From: Takakia lepidozioides
Taxonomy: Eukaryota > Plantae > Bryophyta
NCBI GenBank assembly: GCA_030704615.1
Contig: CM060732.1
Span: 9,858,001 to 9,922,000 of the forward strand
Length of the DNA: 64,000 nt
Direction: 5' to 3'
The notes under the pieces were generated by a model. The model made no database searches. It had not been told where the DNA came from and saw only the letters and a program-made list of their open reading frames with translations. Positions 21,945-34,229 of this stretch are shown here, piece by piece (position 1 is the stretch's first letter; every line of letters begins with the position of its first letter). The position numbers and the translations under genes are program-made.

Positions 21945-24455
21945 GCGCGGTTCATGATGCGGCGATGCGGAAGGTAATCGGCCACGCCGTAGTGCTGCAA
22001 TATGTGGTTGTCCCAGAAGGCCACATCATTGGCTTGCCATCTCCATCTCACTGTGAATTCGGGCTTTGTAGCATGCGCAAACAGAAATCCCAGCAATGCA
22101 TCGCTCTCGTCCTTTTGCAGATCCCCAATGCGGGTCAGGAATCCTTGGCTCAGGAAGAGAGCCTTGCGCCCACTGTCAGGATGAGTGCGGATGAGAGGGT
22201 GCACCACTGGCGGGTGCTCTTTCACAGCTTCCTCCCACAGCGCCTTGGGGTCCCCTCGACCTTCGTAGTGGTACCGGGGCTGCGAGAATGACTTGACGAA
22301 GCTATGCTCTGCTTTTAGCCCAAGAAGAAATTGTTGCAATGGCTTTGAGAGCGCCTCGAAGGCTGCAATGCCGATTGCATCGCAGGAAGGTGATCTCTTG
22401 TTCGCTTCGTAGTGCTGCAACACTCTGTCAAGCACAGTTTTGTGGAAGTCCGTTGTCTTCTAATCTGTCTGCTTCTTTATGCCGTCTTCATGGGCTCCCT
22501 TTGTGCCCTCTCCTTTACTGGTCTGCCTCTCGTTCTCTCTTCTGTTTGTCTTCTTCTCTTTTACCTTTGCGCGGATCTGCTGGGGAACGAGCTGGGAACA
22601 GCTCGATGTATAACTCATTAGAGTTATGTTGTCAAACTCATGGCAACTGCCTTCTTGAATTGTGACGCTGATCGCGCGCCCTGAAGCCAAACATGAACTA
22701 CCAATGTGGCTCAGAGATAGCAATTTCCGCCTTTGCCCCTACGATTGTAATATCTTGGGTGAGACGAGTGCTTTGGAGTTTTAGAATGCCCTCTCCTTCC
22801 AGCTTATTTTGTTACTCAGTATAGTTATATGCAGAAGTGAAAGACATTGCAATTACATTTTTGAATTCCTACGTTGATCAAGCGCCCTGAAGCGCCCTGA
22901 AGTTCGATACAGCCAATTCCCCTCGTGTCCCTACGATTGTAGCATCTTCGGCGAGCTTTGTATTTCCAGGTAGTTCTGTAATATATTTGTATGCAGCCAA
23001 GAAGTAATACACTTTGCAAATACCTTCTCAAATTTTTACCGTTTGATCAAGTGCCTGAAGCCAAACATGAACTGCACATAGTGGCTCAGATATAGTGAAG
23101 TCTCCCTCTGTCCGATTGGAACAACTTGGGTGTGACAGGAAATGTGCCTCCTTGTTCCGAGCTCTGGATTTTCCTGTGCCCTCTCCTTTCTAGATATATG
23201 TTTTCTTCTCTTTCTCTTCTGTGATCTATTGTGTATTCCAAGATAGCCAATATTTCATAGAGGTCTTCCATTACGAGGATCAGAAATGCTTGGCAGCATA
23301 TCTACAAAAGTCCTTGACTCTTAGACAATCCCTTGATTATCAGTTGTTTTTCAGCTGCTTGTTGAGGGCCCCACTCCCTTTCTTGTTTCATTCTTTCTCT
23401 AGGCCCTTCAGTTCTTTGGGATTTCAATAGAAAGTATCATTTCATTTCTCTTTCTTTCAAATATATCTCGCCTCAGGAAGCTTTTACATCTTTGTCAATC
23501 AGTCTTTCAGCAGCCTTGGCTTCTATTTGGGGGATTCTACAAAGAAGCAGCTGGCATCTGTAAATCTTAAGTTGGCCTTCCTTGTCTATTGTATGAGCTC
23601 TTTACCTGCACATGATTGTGTATACGTGAGAGCTAGAAAGAAAATGAGCAGGTGAAAGGGATGATGCATGCTCGTCCCCATCCTTATAACTGGTAGCGTT
23701 TAAGCTTGTAGTGATGTGTGGCAAGCATGTGTTGTTTCTTGCACAGAGAACCTGTCTTTCTCACCTCCTATGTAGTTTCCTGGATGGCCTAGACCACAAT
23801 GTCAACCTCTTAATTAGTGGAATTCTGGTGCTTATCAGGGCAAGAAATTCTCACATCAGTATGCTCAGATCTGAAACAGTTGCAAAGATGGTATGGCTGC
23901 AGAGATCGGGATAGGGTCGACAACAGCACCTAAGAGGAGGCTCTGTCTGCAAGTTTGAACAGAACCCAGGACTGGAGTTGAATGTGCAAAGTGTCACAGG
24001 TGAAATGGGAATTGCCGGGGATCACTGAAATTGCTCTTTAAGTTCATCCATCTGCACTTCAAGAACGAGGGAAACAGGGTATCACCACCCACGGGAGGTA
24101 TGAGCTTGCCGCTCAGGATTGTGCCCAAGGGCAGTGTCTCAATGAAAGTGACGTCGGTGTGCCACTTATCATTGTCTGGGGGGTGATCACCGTCAGAATC
24201 CAGTACCATGATTTCCTCTAACTCGGGGCCTAAGTTTGGGTAGATTGGATGTATGTGCAAATCACCGAAACGCTTGGCGAAGGCGTGCTGTTGGTGTGGA
24301 GTGATCGGCTGGTTGCGGAAGAAGAGCACCTGATACTGAAGTAAGGCGTCGTTGATGGCTGCCTGCTCTGCATCCTGCAACGGTTCCGCCAGAGAAATGC
24401 CTTCGACCACGGCGCCGATGGCCCTCGTGAGTGGAGTGATTTGCAGAGTACTCAT
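21945..24455 (-). pseudogene. tauD: Bacterial-type taurine/alpha-ketoglutarate dioxygenase TauD, split by a ~1.7-kb insert (parts 24074-24455 and ~21945-22380)
   Basis: Colinear with E. coli TauD as recalled: RFGDLHIHPIYP, PPDNDKWHTDVTF (HxD), GGDTL / GIAAFEALS, HPLIRTHPDSGRKALF, KPEFTVRWRWQANDVAFWDNHILQHY..DYLPHRRIM. The C-terminal few residues are lost. Confidence 0.9.
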
Positions 24456-25336
24456 GGATCCAGTAAACTTGTTGTTACTGAAGCTCTGACAGTAAGGTGT
24501 AAGCCTTCAAGGCTGTAGTGTCCAACTGCTCTTGGGCACCTGCATCATAACACCAAAAGATCAATGCGCTTACCCATGTGCTGTTCAGAACGAGGGCCCT
24601 AGGAGTAATTTGCTTATCTAGAGCGAGCAGCAAGACAAGTCTATTGACTCAGACAGCGCAAGTGCAGAATGGCCCACATCGAGTCACCTGGACAATATAT
24701 TGGAGCAGCGAAGAAATAGACCAACAACTGCTGCTGCTCCCCGAAGATCAAATCGGTTGTACAGTGAGATAGATTCTGCAGGTTTGCACCTCGCGCTGTA
24801 GTTGGTCAACAAATTTGCCACTTTGAAAATTGTGGGGCTAAAATCTCTCCAAGGGAAGGTCAACGCGTACACCATACTTCTACCTCAATTGCAGCGCCAT
24901 CATCAGCATTTTCCATAGCGGAAATCAAAACTTGCTCTCTTGGTACCACTCGAACATCATTCTCGTATAGCTGAATATCAAACATGCAATTAGACCCTGG
25001 CAGTCCCACGACCATCGACTGAGACTATTCGCTTCTGTGCTAGCTACATAATCTAGATGAATTCAGACCAACTGAGAAGAATTAACCCAGAAAGAGGTCA
25101 GCTCTCTGCCCCTCTCTTGTACGGTGCTTAGTTGTACAATCTGGATGACAGCCAGGCTAGCTTTGGATGACCAATTTGTACTTTTGCAACACATAATGGA
25201 TAGCAAGTTGGTTGGGGCGTAATGACAGTAGGTTGCTTCCTTGCCTCAGTGTCTATTGCCATGATCAATGTTGTTCATCGTGCAACAGAGATTTATACAG
25301 AACCTCGGCGCCTGACTGTTCCTGTATATGTGGCAG

Positions 25337-26172
25337 GTGCACACATACTTTCGGGAAATGTGTTTGAACCACGGGCACTCAGTGAGCTCCTTCTAGATTG
25401 GAAGGATCAAGGCGTATGTCCTCAGTCCATACTTATGAAAACTGGATGATGCAAGAGAGGTAGATGGCTTGGGGAGTGACTGTCTTCCGTTCATGATGTT
25501 ATTCAGCTGGAAATGGAGTGATTGCTGATGAGTGCTAATCAATTGAGACACATCCGTTCATGATAATTTGATAATAGCAGATTATCGGTGATGAGGATTG
25601 GTTGAAGGATATCAATTGGATCTTTTGACACAGGCTCCACTGCGTGTGCCAGTTGTGGAAGACAAGTTTTGGATGTTATTTGAGAAACGTGCACTGCCAC
25701 TCCCATCTCCCTTCAACAACAATAGTAACTTTGTTATTAGGTCAGCTTCTACTCTCCTACTCCGGCTTGAGTGCAATATTTTTGTTTTCTCCACATATTC
25801 AACTTTGTGGAAATTATGCTGCTACTTTCCTATGTAGAACAGGTATTGAAGTGTACAGAGAGACGGGGAAGAGACAGTTGCATGCATGAAACTAGCATAC
25901 TAAAGTCTTCCACCATGATTCAGTGGGCCACCAAATCCCAGGAAGCTTGGTAAATCCTAAACCCTCGATTGGAACAAACACTTGTGCTTAACCACAGAGA
26001 CAAAGGCAAGGGGTATTATTCTATGTGAGAGCCAGCTATTTGGCAATGCTTGTTGAAGCCTTCCATAACCATGTGCTATGCTTTGAATAGCTTGAGTGAG
26101 CTGGTGCGGTGGCTAGGAGGGAAAGCAGAGAAACTTGGGGTTGAAATTCACCTAGGTTTTGCAGCGAGTGAG
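25337..26172 (+). pseudogene. ETFQO: Captured ETF-ubiquinone oxidoreductase exons (25337-25413, 25634-25740, 26091-26172)
   Basis: GAHILSGNVFEPRALSELL, APLRVPVVEDKFW..LPSPF.N..NFVIS and LSELVRWLGGKAEKLGVEIHLGFAASE, each bounded by AG/GT. Confidence 0.85.
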
Positions 26173-27241
26173 GTAACCCCCTTTTCTTTTGTTCACCATT
26201 CTGTGGGTTATTGTATTGGCAGAATTGATTTGCACCAAATTAGAGGGGTCTCCGCACTGTTCATTTCCAAGAAGTTCTATTGTGGGATGGTAGGATAGCT
26301 GCAGGTGGAGCTGAATAAGGTGCTTATGCAGGTTTTGTACAAAGGTGTTCCTCTTTTCGCTGTATGTCAGGGAATCTTGAACAATGTTGACTGGCGAGAG
26401 GAGGTATGTGAGCAGCCATCCCCCCGTCTCTTCCATCCTCTCCTTCAGGGGCTCTCTCGTTCATAGTTTCTGGCTACTCCACGTGGCACTGCATTCTGGC
26501 TGTCTTCACTTGAAAGTCAACCTGGTCTTGGTTGTCAGTGATTTAGTCATCCAGTCGTCTCCAAGTGCTGTTCAGCTACTGAAGAGGGTTTTTCAAAAGA
26601 GAATGATCTAAGCAATCGAGTGGATATCAATGCTGTAGCAAGTAGAGTTAGTGACGTTGGTAAGCATCCACCACTTTTGGTTATTTTACTGTTTTTAGCT
26701 TTAGTTCACCATGAAGCTAATCAGCTTCCTCCTTTTCTGCTATGGCATGTGGTGCAAGAGGTAAGGAGGACGAGTAAGGAGGGCCCACCTGCAACCAGGC
26801 CCCTTGGTCCATGGTAATCATTGATCATCATTTTTTATTTTTTTTCCTGTTTTCTTTGATGATATACCAAGGGGCTGATAGCCCTTGCTCCACTATGGTA
26901 GATTTTACATTGGAGGGAGCACAAGCAAAAAGGGGCCCGCCAACCAGCCCACATTGATCATCACTGGTAAGAATCTTCCCTTTCTTTAAATTTTTTTAAT
27001 TCTTGATACAATTGGGGGTTGATGAGATAGCCCCTTTGGCTTCTGTTATAGCAGATTCTGCATGAGAGGGAGGGAGCCCAAAGTAGGGAGGGACCTGCCA
27101 ACCAGCCACCATTACCCGCTTGTAACTCCATTTCATTGAGCTTTATTTTTTTAGTTGTTTACATTTTTAGTTGTAAATATATGAGTTGTGCACAATTATT
27201 AAATGCCTTTTGGATTCTTTGTTTGCATTGTTTTTACACAG

Positions 27242-29612
27242 GAGTTGTTCCACAAGCTTTTTATGTCATGGAGCCCAATATTTTCGATGAACTAGAAAGG
27301 GAAGTTGTTCCTGACATCAATGTTGATAATGAGAGAGCTTTGGTGGAGTGCCATGTTGCGGAGGATGCTCATCATGAAGCCTCATTTACATCAGCTCATC
27401 AAGCCTCGGCTGCAATGTCATCTTCCACAGTTTCGCCATCACACACGGTGTTGGATGTGGAGGCGCAGCTCCCAGTACTTGACAAACAACGGGATTTTTG
27501 GAAGCCCCACAATCGCACTGCTTCGACATGGGCATTCTATGCAACAAAAGACTCTGCTCCAGTGGACATAATAAATCCACAACAAATGAGGTGTGTTCTA
27601 TGTCATCCTGTTGGTGTCACTCCTGCAAGCAAGAAGGGCATTGTGACCTATAATAAAACCAATGGTATCTCTGCACTTCGAAAGCATGTGGATCAAGAAC
27701 ATGACATTGTTTTGCGTAGGTGGATTGAGAGGGAAAATGAAGGACCTGAGAAGGCCCGTAGGCCAGCCAAAAAGAGGCCCGGCCCCACTCCTGGAAACAT
27801 AGCTTTTTTTTTTACGAGCTCCACTCCATACAACCAAAATGATGATCAACAGAAGCAGTTCAATGAGGATTTAGTCTTATTCATTGCAAAGGAGTTGGTT
27901 CCACTGTCTTTGGTAGAATCCCCTTGGCTAAGAAGGATGGTGTTGAGGCAAAATCCTCGGATTGTTTTCCCTTCTCGACGGACATTTGTGAATGAGGCCA
28001 TTCCAATCTTGGCAGAGAAGACGAAAGAGCGCTACATGTCCCCATCTCTTCAGAGTTGTGCTACTTGCTCCGTGAGTTTTGATTTGTGGATGTCAAGAGG
28101 GGGAACTGACACTTTTGTCATCATAGCGCACTTTATTAATGAACAGTGGGAGCAATGTCATGTGACTCTTGGCATGTTTGAGACACCTGACACATCTGGG
28201 GCTGCCATGGCACATCAAGTCAACAATCTTCTTGTGAAGTATGGCCTCAATACTCGCATTATTGCTTACGTCAAAGATGAGGGAGGTAACTTGGCCACTT
28301 TGACCAATGCTTTGAATTCGGTGGTCTCATGTGCGTGTTTGGGGTTGGATTCTCCATTTGTGGGTAGCTGTTTTGGGCATGCAATGTCCAAGTGTTGCCA
28401 GTATGCAACAAATGATGCAAAAGTATGCGCAGATATGAGATCGGTTTCTATAAAAAATGCCCAATCAGAGTTGCAAAAAACCATTACTTGGACAAAAAAA
28501 AGTGACAAAGGGAGACAAGAATGGGCAAAGGCATGTGTGGACAGCGGCATTCATCCCCGCAAACTGAAGACTCCGGTGAAGACACGGTTTGCTTCCAATG
28601 TGATCCTCTTCCAAGAGACTTTGGAGTTTAGGCAAGCCATAATCACTTGTTACTCTAAGCAAACCTCATTGGCACTACAGTCTCGCATACCAAGTCCACA
28701 AGTGTGGGCCATTGCCCAATCAATTTCTACAGTTCTAGGGCCTGTGGTTCATGAGTGCATTATGAATCAATCTGGGGGATTTTGGTTGTTGTCCGATGCT
28801 CTTAATGCAGCCATTGCAACAACAATTCGCATGCGAGGAAGTAGTGTTGGGGGGGCTGCAAGTGTGGATCATTGTATGGGGGATTTCTCAACAGAGTTGA
28901 CATTGTTGGAATGGCGGATGGCTCGAGAGGTGGTATATGTCTTGGAACCATTTCTTTCTTTTTTGGAAGGGTTTCAATCGCGCAAAGCTCACAATATGCT
29001 TGCGCTTATGCTTGACCCACGTTACAAGGGGTTGTCATTGGTATCACAATATGTGGGCAAAGAGCGTGCTTTGCATATTGTGTCCCAATATGATAGTATG
29101 GTGTTAGAGCATCTTTTGGTAAAGTGTTTCAAGGTCTTACATACGGATACTCCGAATCACAGCCCACTTCCACAATGGACGAGATGTCCTTATTTGGTGT
29201 GCATGACCACAATGAAGACATGACATTCACAGTGGTGAGAGAACAACTATCACATTTCAGAAGGACGAAGATAAATGAGGGTGAGTGCGTGGCTCCTTTG
29301 AAATGGTGGAAAGAACACGAGTCTCTCTTTCCGTATGTGGGATTTTTGGCACGGCTAATTTTGGGCATAGTTGGATCTCAGATTGAAGCTGAGAGGGTTT
29401 TTAGTATTGCAGGTGTCATAACAAACTTGAGACGGTGCAGGTTAAATATTGAAAACCTTGATATGCTTGTGAGTGTAGTCAAGAATTGGCCAAATGATGC
29501 TAGAGTTGGTTGCTTTAGTACTTCCATGAAAGAGTTTTTGGATAGGGAAGAAGTCCTCTTAGATGAGAATGAGGACTTGATTGCAGAGGCAAACCTCTTT
29601 GAAGTAGACTGA
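27242..29612 (+). CDS. hAT transposase (BED finger, DDE core, dimerisation domain), one frameshift near 29150
   Basis: WAFY..RCVLCH..ALRKHVDQEH (BED), SFDLWMS, KDEGGN, CFGH, VKTRF, LDPRYK and LKWWK..FPY..LARLILGIVGSQIEAERVFS. Confidence 0.92.
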
Positions 29613-30513
29613 TTTGGCTTAGAGACAAATTATTGTTCAACATATTACACTATATTCTTTTGATTGGAGTTTGTTTATTTATCATTTTTATTGAAAATTT
29701 CAGTGACATCCCGTGTACTCAGTTTGTTGTATGCTATATTGACAAAGCATCATCCAAAAAACACAAATTTATGTAGTTTTTTTTAGTTGTGCTTTTGCTG
29801 CACCATAAAAGGTAACCATAAAATTACACATGTTTAATTTGTTTTGTATTTTGAATTAAGATCCTTATGTAGTTAGTTTGTTTTAGTTGTTCTTTGCTAC
29901 ACCGTACGACAACTTATAAAATCTCTGGTTTTCCGTTTTTAATGGAGACCATGCGTATATAACTAGTTATATATACCATAAAAGACAATCACAAAAAACA
30001 TATAAGTTTATTTACTTCTGTTTTACTAATAAATTCCCTGGTTTTAGTTGAAAATTCTCAGTATGACCAATCAGATCAGTTCATCTAATTTTCCAGAAGA
30101 ATAAAAAATTAAAAGAATTTAATATATTTTTAAAAAAGAACCGGAACCTAACCGGAACCGGTGTTTTTTTTCCAGCAACTAACCGGTAACCGGAACCGCC
30201 CCCATGTTAAAAAGTCAGAACCTGAACCGGACCGGAACCGCCTTAATAAAAAATAACCGGATCCGGATCCGGAACCGTCTCTTCAAAAATTTGTGGAACC
30301 GGAACCGAAGGTTCCTTCACAAAGGCAAGAACTGCCCAACACTGGTGCATACCCTCACCTTCTTGTCTCCCTGCAGCCTGTGACCAGAAGGCAAGGGCAG
30401 CGGACGGACAGAAACAGTGTTATCATCCGGTCGGGCCCCACTGACAAGCTTCGGAGGTGCCAGAGCCTCGAAGGCGCCTCAGCGAGGCAAGCAAGCAGGC
30501 AGCGGGGCAGGCG

Positions 30514-32118
30514 ATGGCGCCCAAGGCAACCCGCCCGTCTCCGCGCTCTCCAGGGACCCCACTGCCATCGCTGTCGACGTTGCAGGGAGCCCAGGGATCG
30601 TCGACAGGCACTGGTGGGGCGTTGAGACGGGCGCATGGAGGCCGTCGCACTCCGAGCAACAACAATCATCTGTCGAACGGTACTGGTGTTGCGGGGCACA
30701 GCAATGTGCATGGATATGGAGGATTTGGCAACGGGGATGCTGCGAGCGCAGGGAACGGGAGGAGGCAGCACATGGCGGGGGCTCCCGCCCCCGATGGCTC
30801 CTTCTCCAACCCTAGTGCATATGGCGGGGCCACTGTGCCGTCTCTCTACTCGCCGATCCACCAAGGAGCGGCCATGGTACCCGTGTTCTTCCAGCATCCC
30901 ATGCATACAATGCAACAGGCGATGCTTGCATGCTCTGATGGGGGCCGGGGACTCACTCACGGCCTCGTTTGCCCGGGAAACCAGCCGTTGATGCAGCCTG
31001 CCTTTACTCCAGCTGGCGATTATCGGTTTGGAGCTCCCGGGCTTGTACTCCCCCCTGCAATTGAGTCGGATTCTCCCTTAACTAATGAGACCAATAGTGA
31101 CTCAGCGGCTCGAGACGGCACTGCAGCAGCGGGTTCGAAATCCAAGGAGGTAGCTGTGGCAGGTCCCGGTGCAGAAAACGAGCATCAGAATCTTTGGAAT
31201 GAGGAAATGGTGAGGTTTTTGTTTGAGACTTATGATATCGTTAATCATAAGCTATGGCTTGTTTTTAAGGACAAGGTCAAGAATCAGAAGAAATGGGAGA
31301 CAATTCTGAACATGATGCGCGAGAAGTTTGGGCGAGTTTTCACCAAGAAACAGTGTGAATGCAAGTATGGGAGTGTGAAGCGAGATTGTATGCGATATTT
31401 CAACCTCTTCAACAGGGCTGGGCAAACTGTGCCTCCAACCGATCCTGCCAATGGCAGGGAGCTCATACAGCCGAGATGCTATGAAATCTGGATGGAATTT
31501 TGTGGCAAGACCGCAGCGGCCACAGCAAATTCTGAGGACGAGGGCTCATCGGCTTCAGGTTCTTCACACGGTCGAGCATTTGCCAATGTTGAAGAAATGA
31601 GCGAGGGAGAAGACGAAGATTACGAGGATGGGCAGGGACCTCGTCAGTGGGGTATGGCTGAAGAGCTGCCAGGTCCTCCGAGGGGTGTGCCCCGTAGCCC
31701 CTCCCACAGACTGCATCAGAGAGAGAGACACATGGACTCCTTCCAGCGGCCACCACCTTCAGAGTTGATGCTAGCGGGGGACGAACTCTTCATGGATCCT
31801 CAGCGCAAGGGGAAAAGAAAGAACAACACAGAGCTTGTGAAGGATCTGAAGCAACTCGTGGCCAGGTTAATAGAATCTTCCGAACGAAGAGAGCAAATGG
31901 CTCACAGGCGATCCCGCAATATGTTAGAGCAGTTGAGAAGTCAGCACATGGCGTGGATGGATCGGCGGGCCACTGAAATGTTAGAGCTTAATAAGTTTCA
32001 AGTAGAAATGCTGCAGAATCATGATCACAAATTTGAGAATCTTATGGGGGGACTGTCGGTTCTAACGCACAGCATCACTTTATTGGCTGATAGGCTGAAA
32101 CCTGTACTGGAAAGGTAG
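30514..32118 (+). CDS. Myb/SANT-like (trihelix-type) DNA-binding protein with C-terminal coiled coil, 534 aa
   Basis: WNEEMVRFLF...KKWETILNMMREKFGRVFTKKQCECKYGSVKR. Uninterrupted ORF; first ATG at 30514; upstream acceptor at 30376. Confidence 0.75.
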   Translation: MAPKATRPSPRSPGTPLPSLSTLQGAQGSSTGTGGALRRAHGGRRTPSNNNHLSNGTGVAGHSNVHGYGGFGNGDAASAGNGRRQHMAGAPAPDGSFSNPSAYGGATVPSLYSPIHQGAAMVPVFFQHPMHTMQQAMLACSDGGRGLTHGLVCPGNQPLMQPAFTPAGDYRFGAPGLVLPPAIESDSPLTNETNSDSAARDGTAAAGSKSKEVAVAGPGAENEHQNLWNEEMVRFLFETYDIVNHKLWLVFKDKVKNQKKWETILNMMREKFGRVFTKKQCECKYGSVKRDCMRYFNLFNRAGQTVPPTDPANGRELIQPRCYEIWMEFCGKTAAATANSEDEGSSASGSSHGRAFANVEEMSEGEDEDYEDGQGPRQWGMAEELPGPPRGVPRSPSHRLHQRERHMDSFQRPPPSELMLAGDELFMDPQRKGKRKNNTELVKDLKQLVARLIESSERREQMAHRRSRNMLEQLRSQHMAWMDRRATEMLELNKFQVEMLQNHDHKFENLMGGLSVLTHSITLLADRLKPVLER

Positions 32119-34229
32119 GATTTGGATTTACTGATTGGGGTCCACCTGTGTATATTTCGGTAATTACATCAGTACTGTGTGTTCATAGTTCATACCTCCA
32201 AATAACATGAGTGTCATTATTAACTATGGCGGGGATGGTGCCATCGGGCCCCAAGTGTGTCCCGGGGAAACGTAGTGGAATTCTGATGGATCAACTCTCA
32301 TGTCACAGAGGAAGGTCTGCAAATTTTGTACACTGACAGCAAATACACACGCGATGCTTTATGTCGTTGATGCAGAGAATGAGTTCAATCTTTTGAGAGA
32401 ATGTTATTGCATGTCTTCTAACCCTTGCGGCTCCCCAAAATCAAATCACAGAATTTTAACTGGTATAACAGAGTTGCCAGGTGCTGGATGTGTGAAGTCA
32501 TCTGCAGAGGTTGTGAAATGACTTCCATATGAGGCAGCTCTGCAGGGCTTGAATATGTACGGTAACTACACTGGTGTTCACTTGGATGCTTGGACAAGGA
32601 GGTAAGCTATACCCTCTGATGACGTTTGAGTACATGAAGCTATGCTGCCGACCTTCCCATAAAATCTTTTGGTTCGCAACTGCTGATAAGTGTCCTTTCA
32701 GTAACAAAATTTTCTCAGCAAGAGCTTGAGGGCATTAATGCTCTCTCAGTCTGTGTTGTGTGATATGCTGACTGAATATCTCTGATTAGTGGCTTTGAGG
32801 TTCTTGTTCTGGTTCATTGTTCCAAAAACCCTGAATTTTCCTCACGTCGCATCCCTCCTACTCACTGTCGCAAATTTCATGGATTTACTCTGTAGCAAAA
32901 GTGCAAGTGAATTTTTGGGCTGCCCATCCTTGACTCACCGGCAGCGACCCGTCTAATGGCACTACAAAGGAGCTACAAGCAAACAGTCTCTGAAACCTTT
33001 GAAAGTTTGTGGGAAGGTGGGTTATCTAGTGAACAATGTGCTCCCAAAAAGGAACTGCAAACAACCTCGTCTGTTAGGAATTTCCACGAGAAAACCAGAG
33101 TTTTGTCCCCTAACAAACTGCTGGGGTTTTTGTCCTCCCAATGTGCCCGGTGGATTTCTCTGGAAGTTTGTCTTTGTGGTGGGGCTTGTTCTGGTGTTAG
33201 CCAGCCCTCAAGGCCACAATGTAGCCTTTGTGTAGCCTTTATGGCCTTCTGTCATCGTTATAGAAACTTTCCATTATTTTCTCCATGACCTTTTTTCTTA
33301 CTTAGGGGAAACCTGGGAACCACAGCTCACAATTCAGACCCTTAACAGAGGATAAGGAAAAATTAAACCTCTTTCATATAAGCCATAGGAGACTCTGGTG
33401 ATGGGATTCCACCCACATGACTTTTCGACTTATGGATGAACGGAGGTGGATGAACCAAAGATGATGCAAGGCATGAAGTGGTGACGATGAGCTGGAATTA
33501 CTTAGCTATAAATAAAGACTTGTCTTATTCTAACAGCTAGTTTAGGATGAGATTAGGATAGCACTAGATGATTTGGCATCTTTCTATGGCTTTGCTGGAT
33601 CAGCATCTGGCTATCCTATGTGTGCACGCCATGTGGCTTATGGATTGGATTGCATCCTAATACTACTGAAACCGGGAGACAGAGGCAAACCGGGACGGAG
33701 TTGTTTTGGTGTTCAAAAGTGTGTACGGTGGATGGATGAAATCGTGAATGTGAGTGTAAGTTGGAGTGCGAGTGTGAGTTTGGGTGTAAGTTGTAGTTTG
33801 AACTAAGGTGGTTAGTACACTTCCTCTACGGTCCCCGGCACATAATGTGGGATAGCAGTTGGGACCTCCACCACCACAGTGGGGACCTCCGGGAGGGTCA
33901 TGGCAATGGCAACCGAACCAAGGCAATGCACAGTGGGGAGGGTCCAGCGGCTCATATGCCCCTCCCCCCCAATGACAAGGTACAGTCAATGTAGGCACTG
34001 ACGAGCCTGTGGAGTCATAAGATAATCCAGGTGCTCGTGCTACACATTTGAAGCGACAACGACGTGCGTCCAATCGAAATTGGGAAGCTACTGCTGTGGC
34101 GAGAGTGGCAGAAGGGAAGAAGCGACATAAGGTATATAGGGTTTTTTGTATGTAGGGTTTGAGTATGTAGGGTTGCTCCATGTAGGGTTTTTTTGTATGG
34201 GCTGCTTCACACTGTTGTTGGTTTTTTAC

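Larger units (their letters stand above)
21697..30344 (+). mobile_element. hAT transposon with captured cargo (Pack-hAT), 8.65 kb
   Basis: TIR CAGTGTTGGGCGGTT...AACTGCCCAACACTG, TSD GTGCATAC (21689-21696 and 30345-30352), GGAACC/AACCGG subterminal arrays at both ends, internal transposase. Confidence 0.93.

Noticed and set aside
21583-21957. ORFs with EPEPEP/RNRNR repeats
   Set aside because: Translations of hAT subterminal GGAACC repeats.
23086-23271. YEILAILEY resemblance to a P4-ATPase motif
   Set aside because: Single short motif with no supporting flanking similarity.
21945-24455. TauD as bacterial contamination
   Set aside because: It lies inside a plant hAT with matching TIRs and TSD, next to intron-containing exons and with no tauABC neighbours. 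Read-level confirmation is still advisable.
32200-33700. Short ORFs downstream of the Myb/SANT gene
   Set aside because: No recognisable motifs; likely UTR or intergenic.
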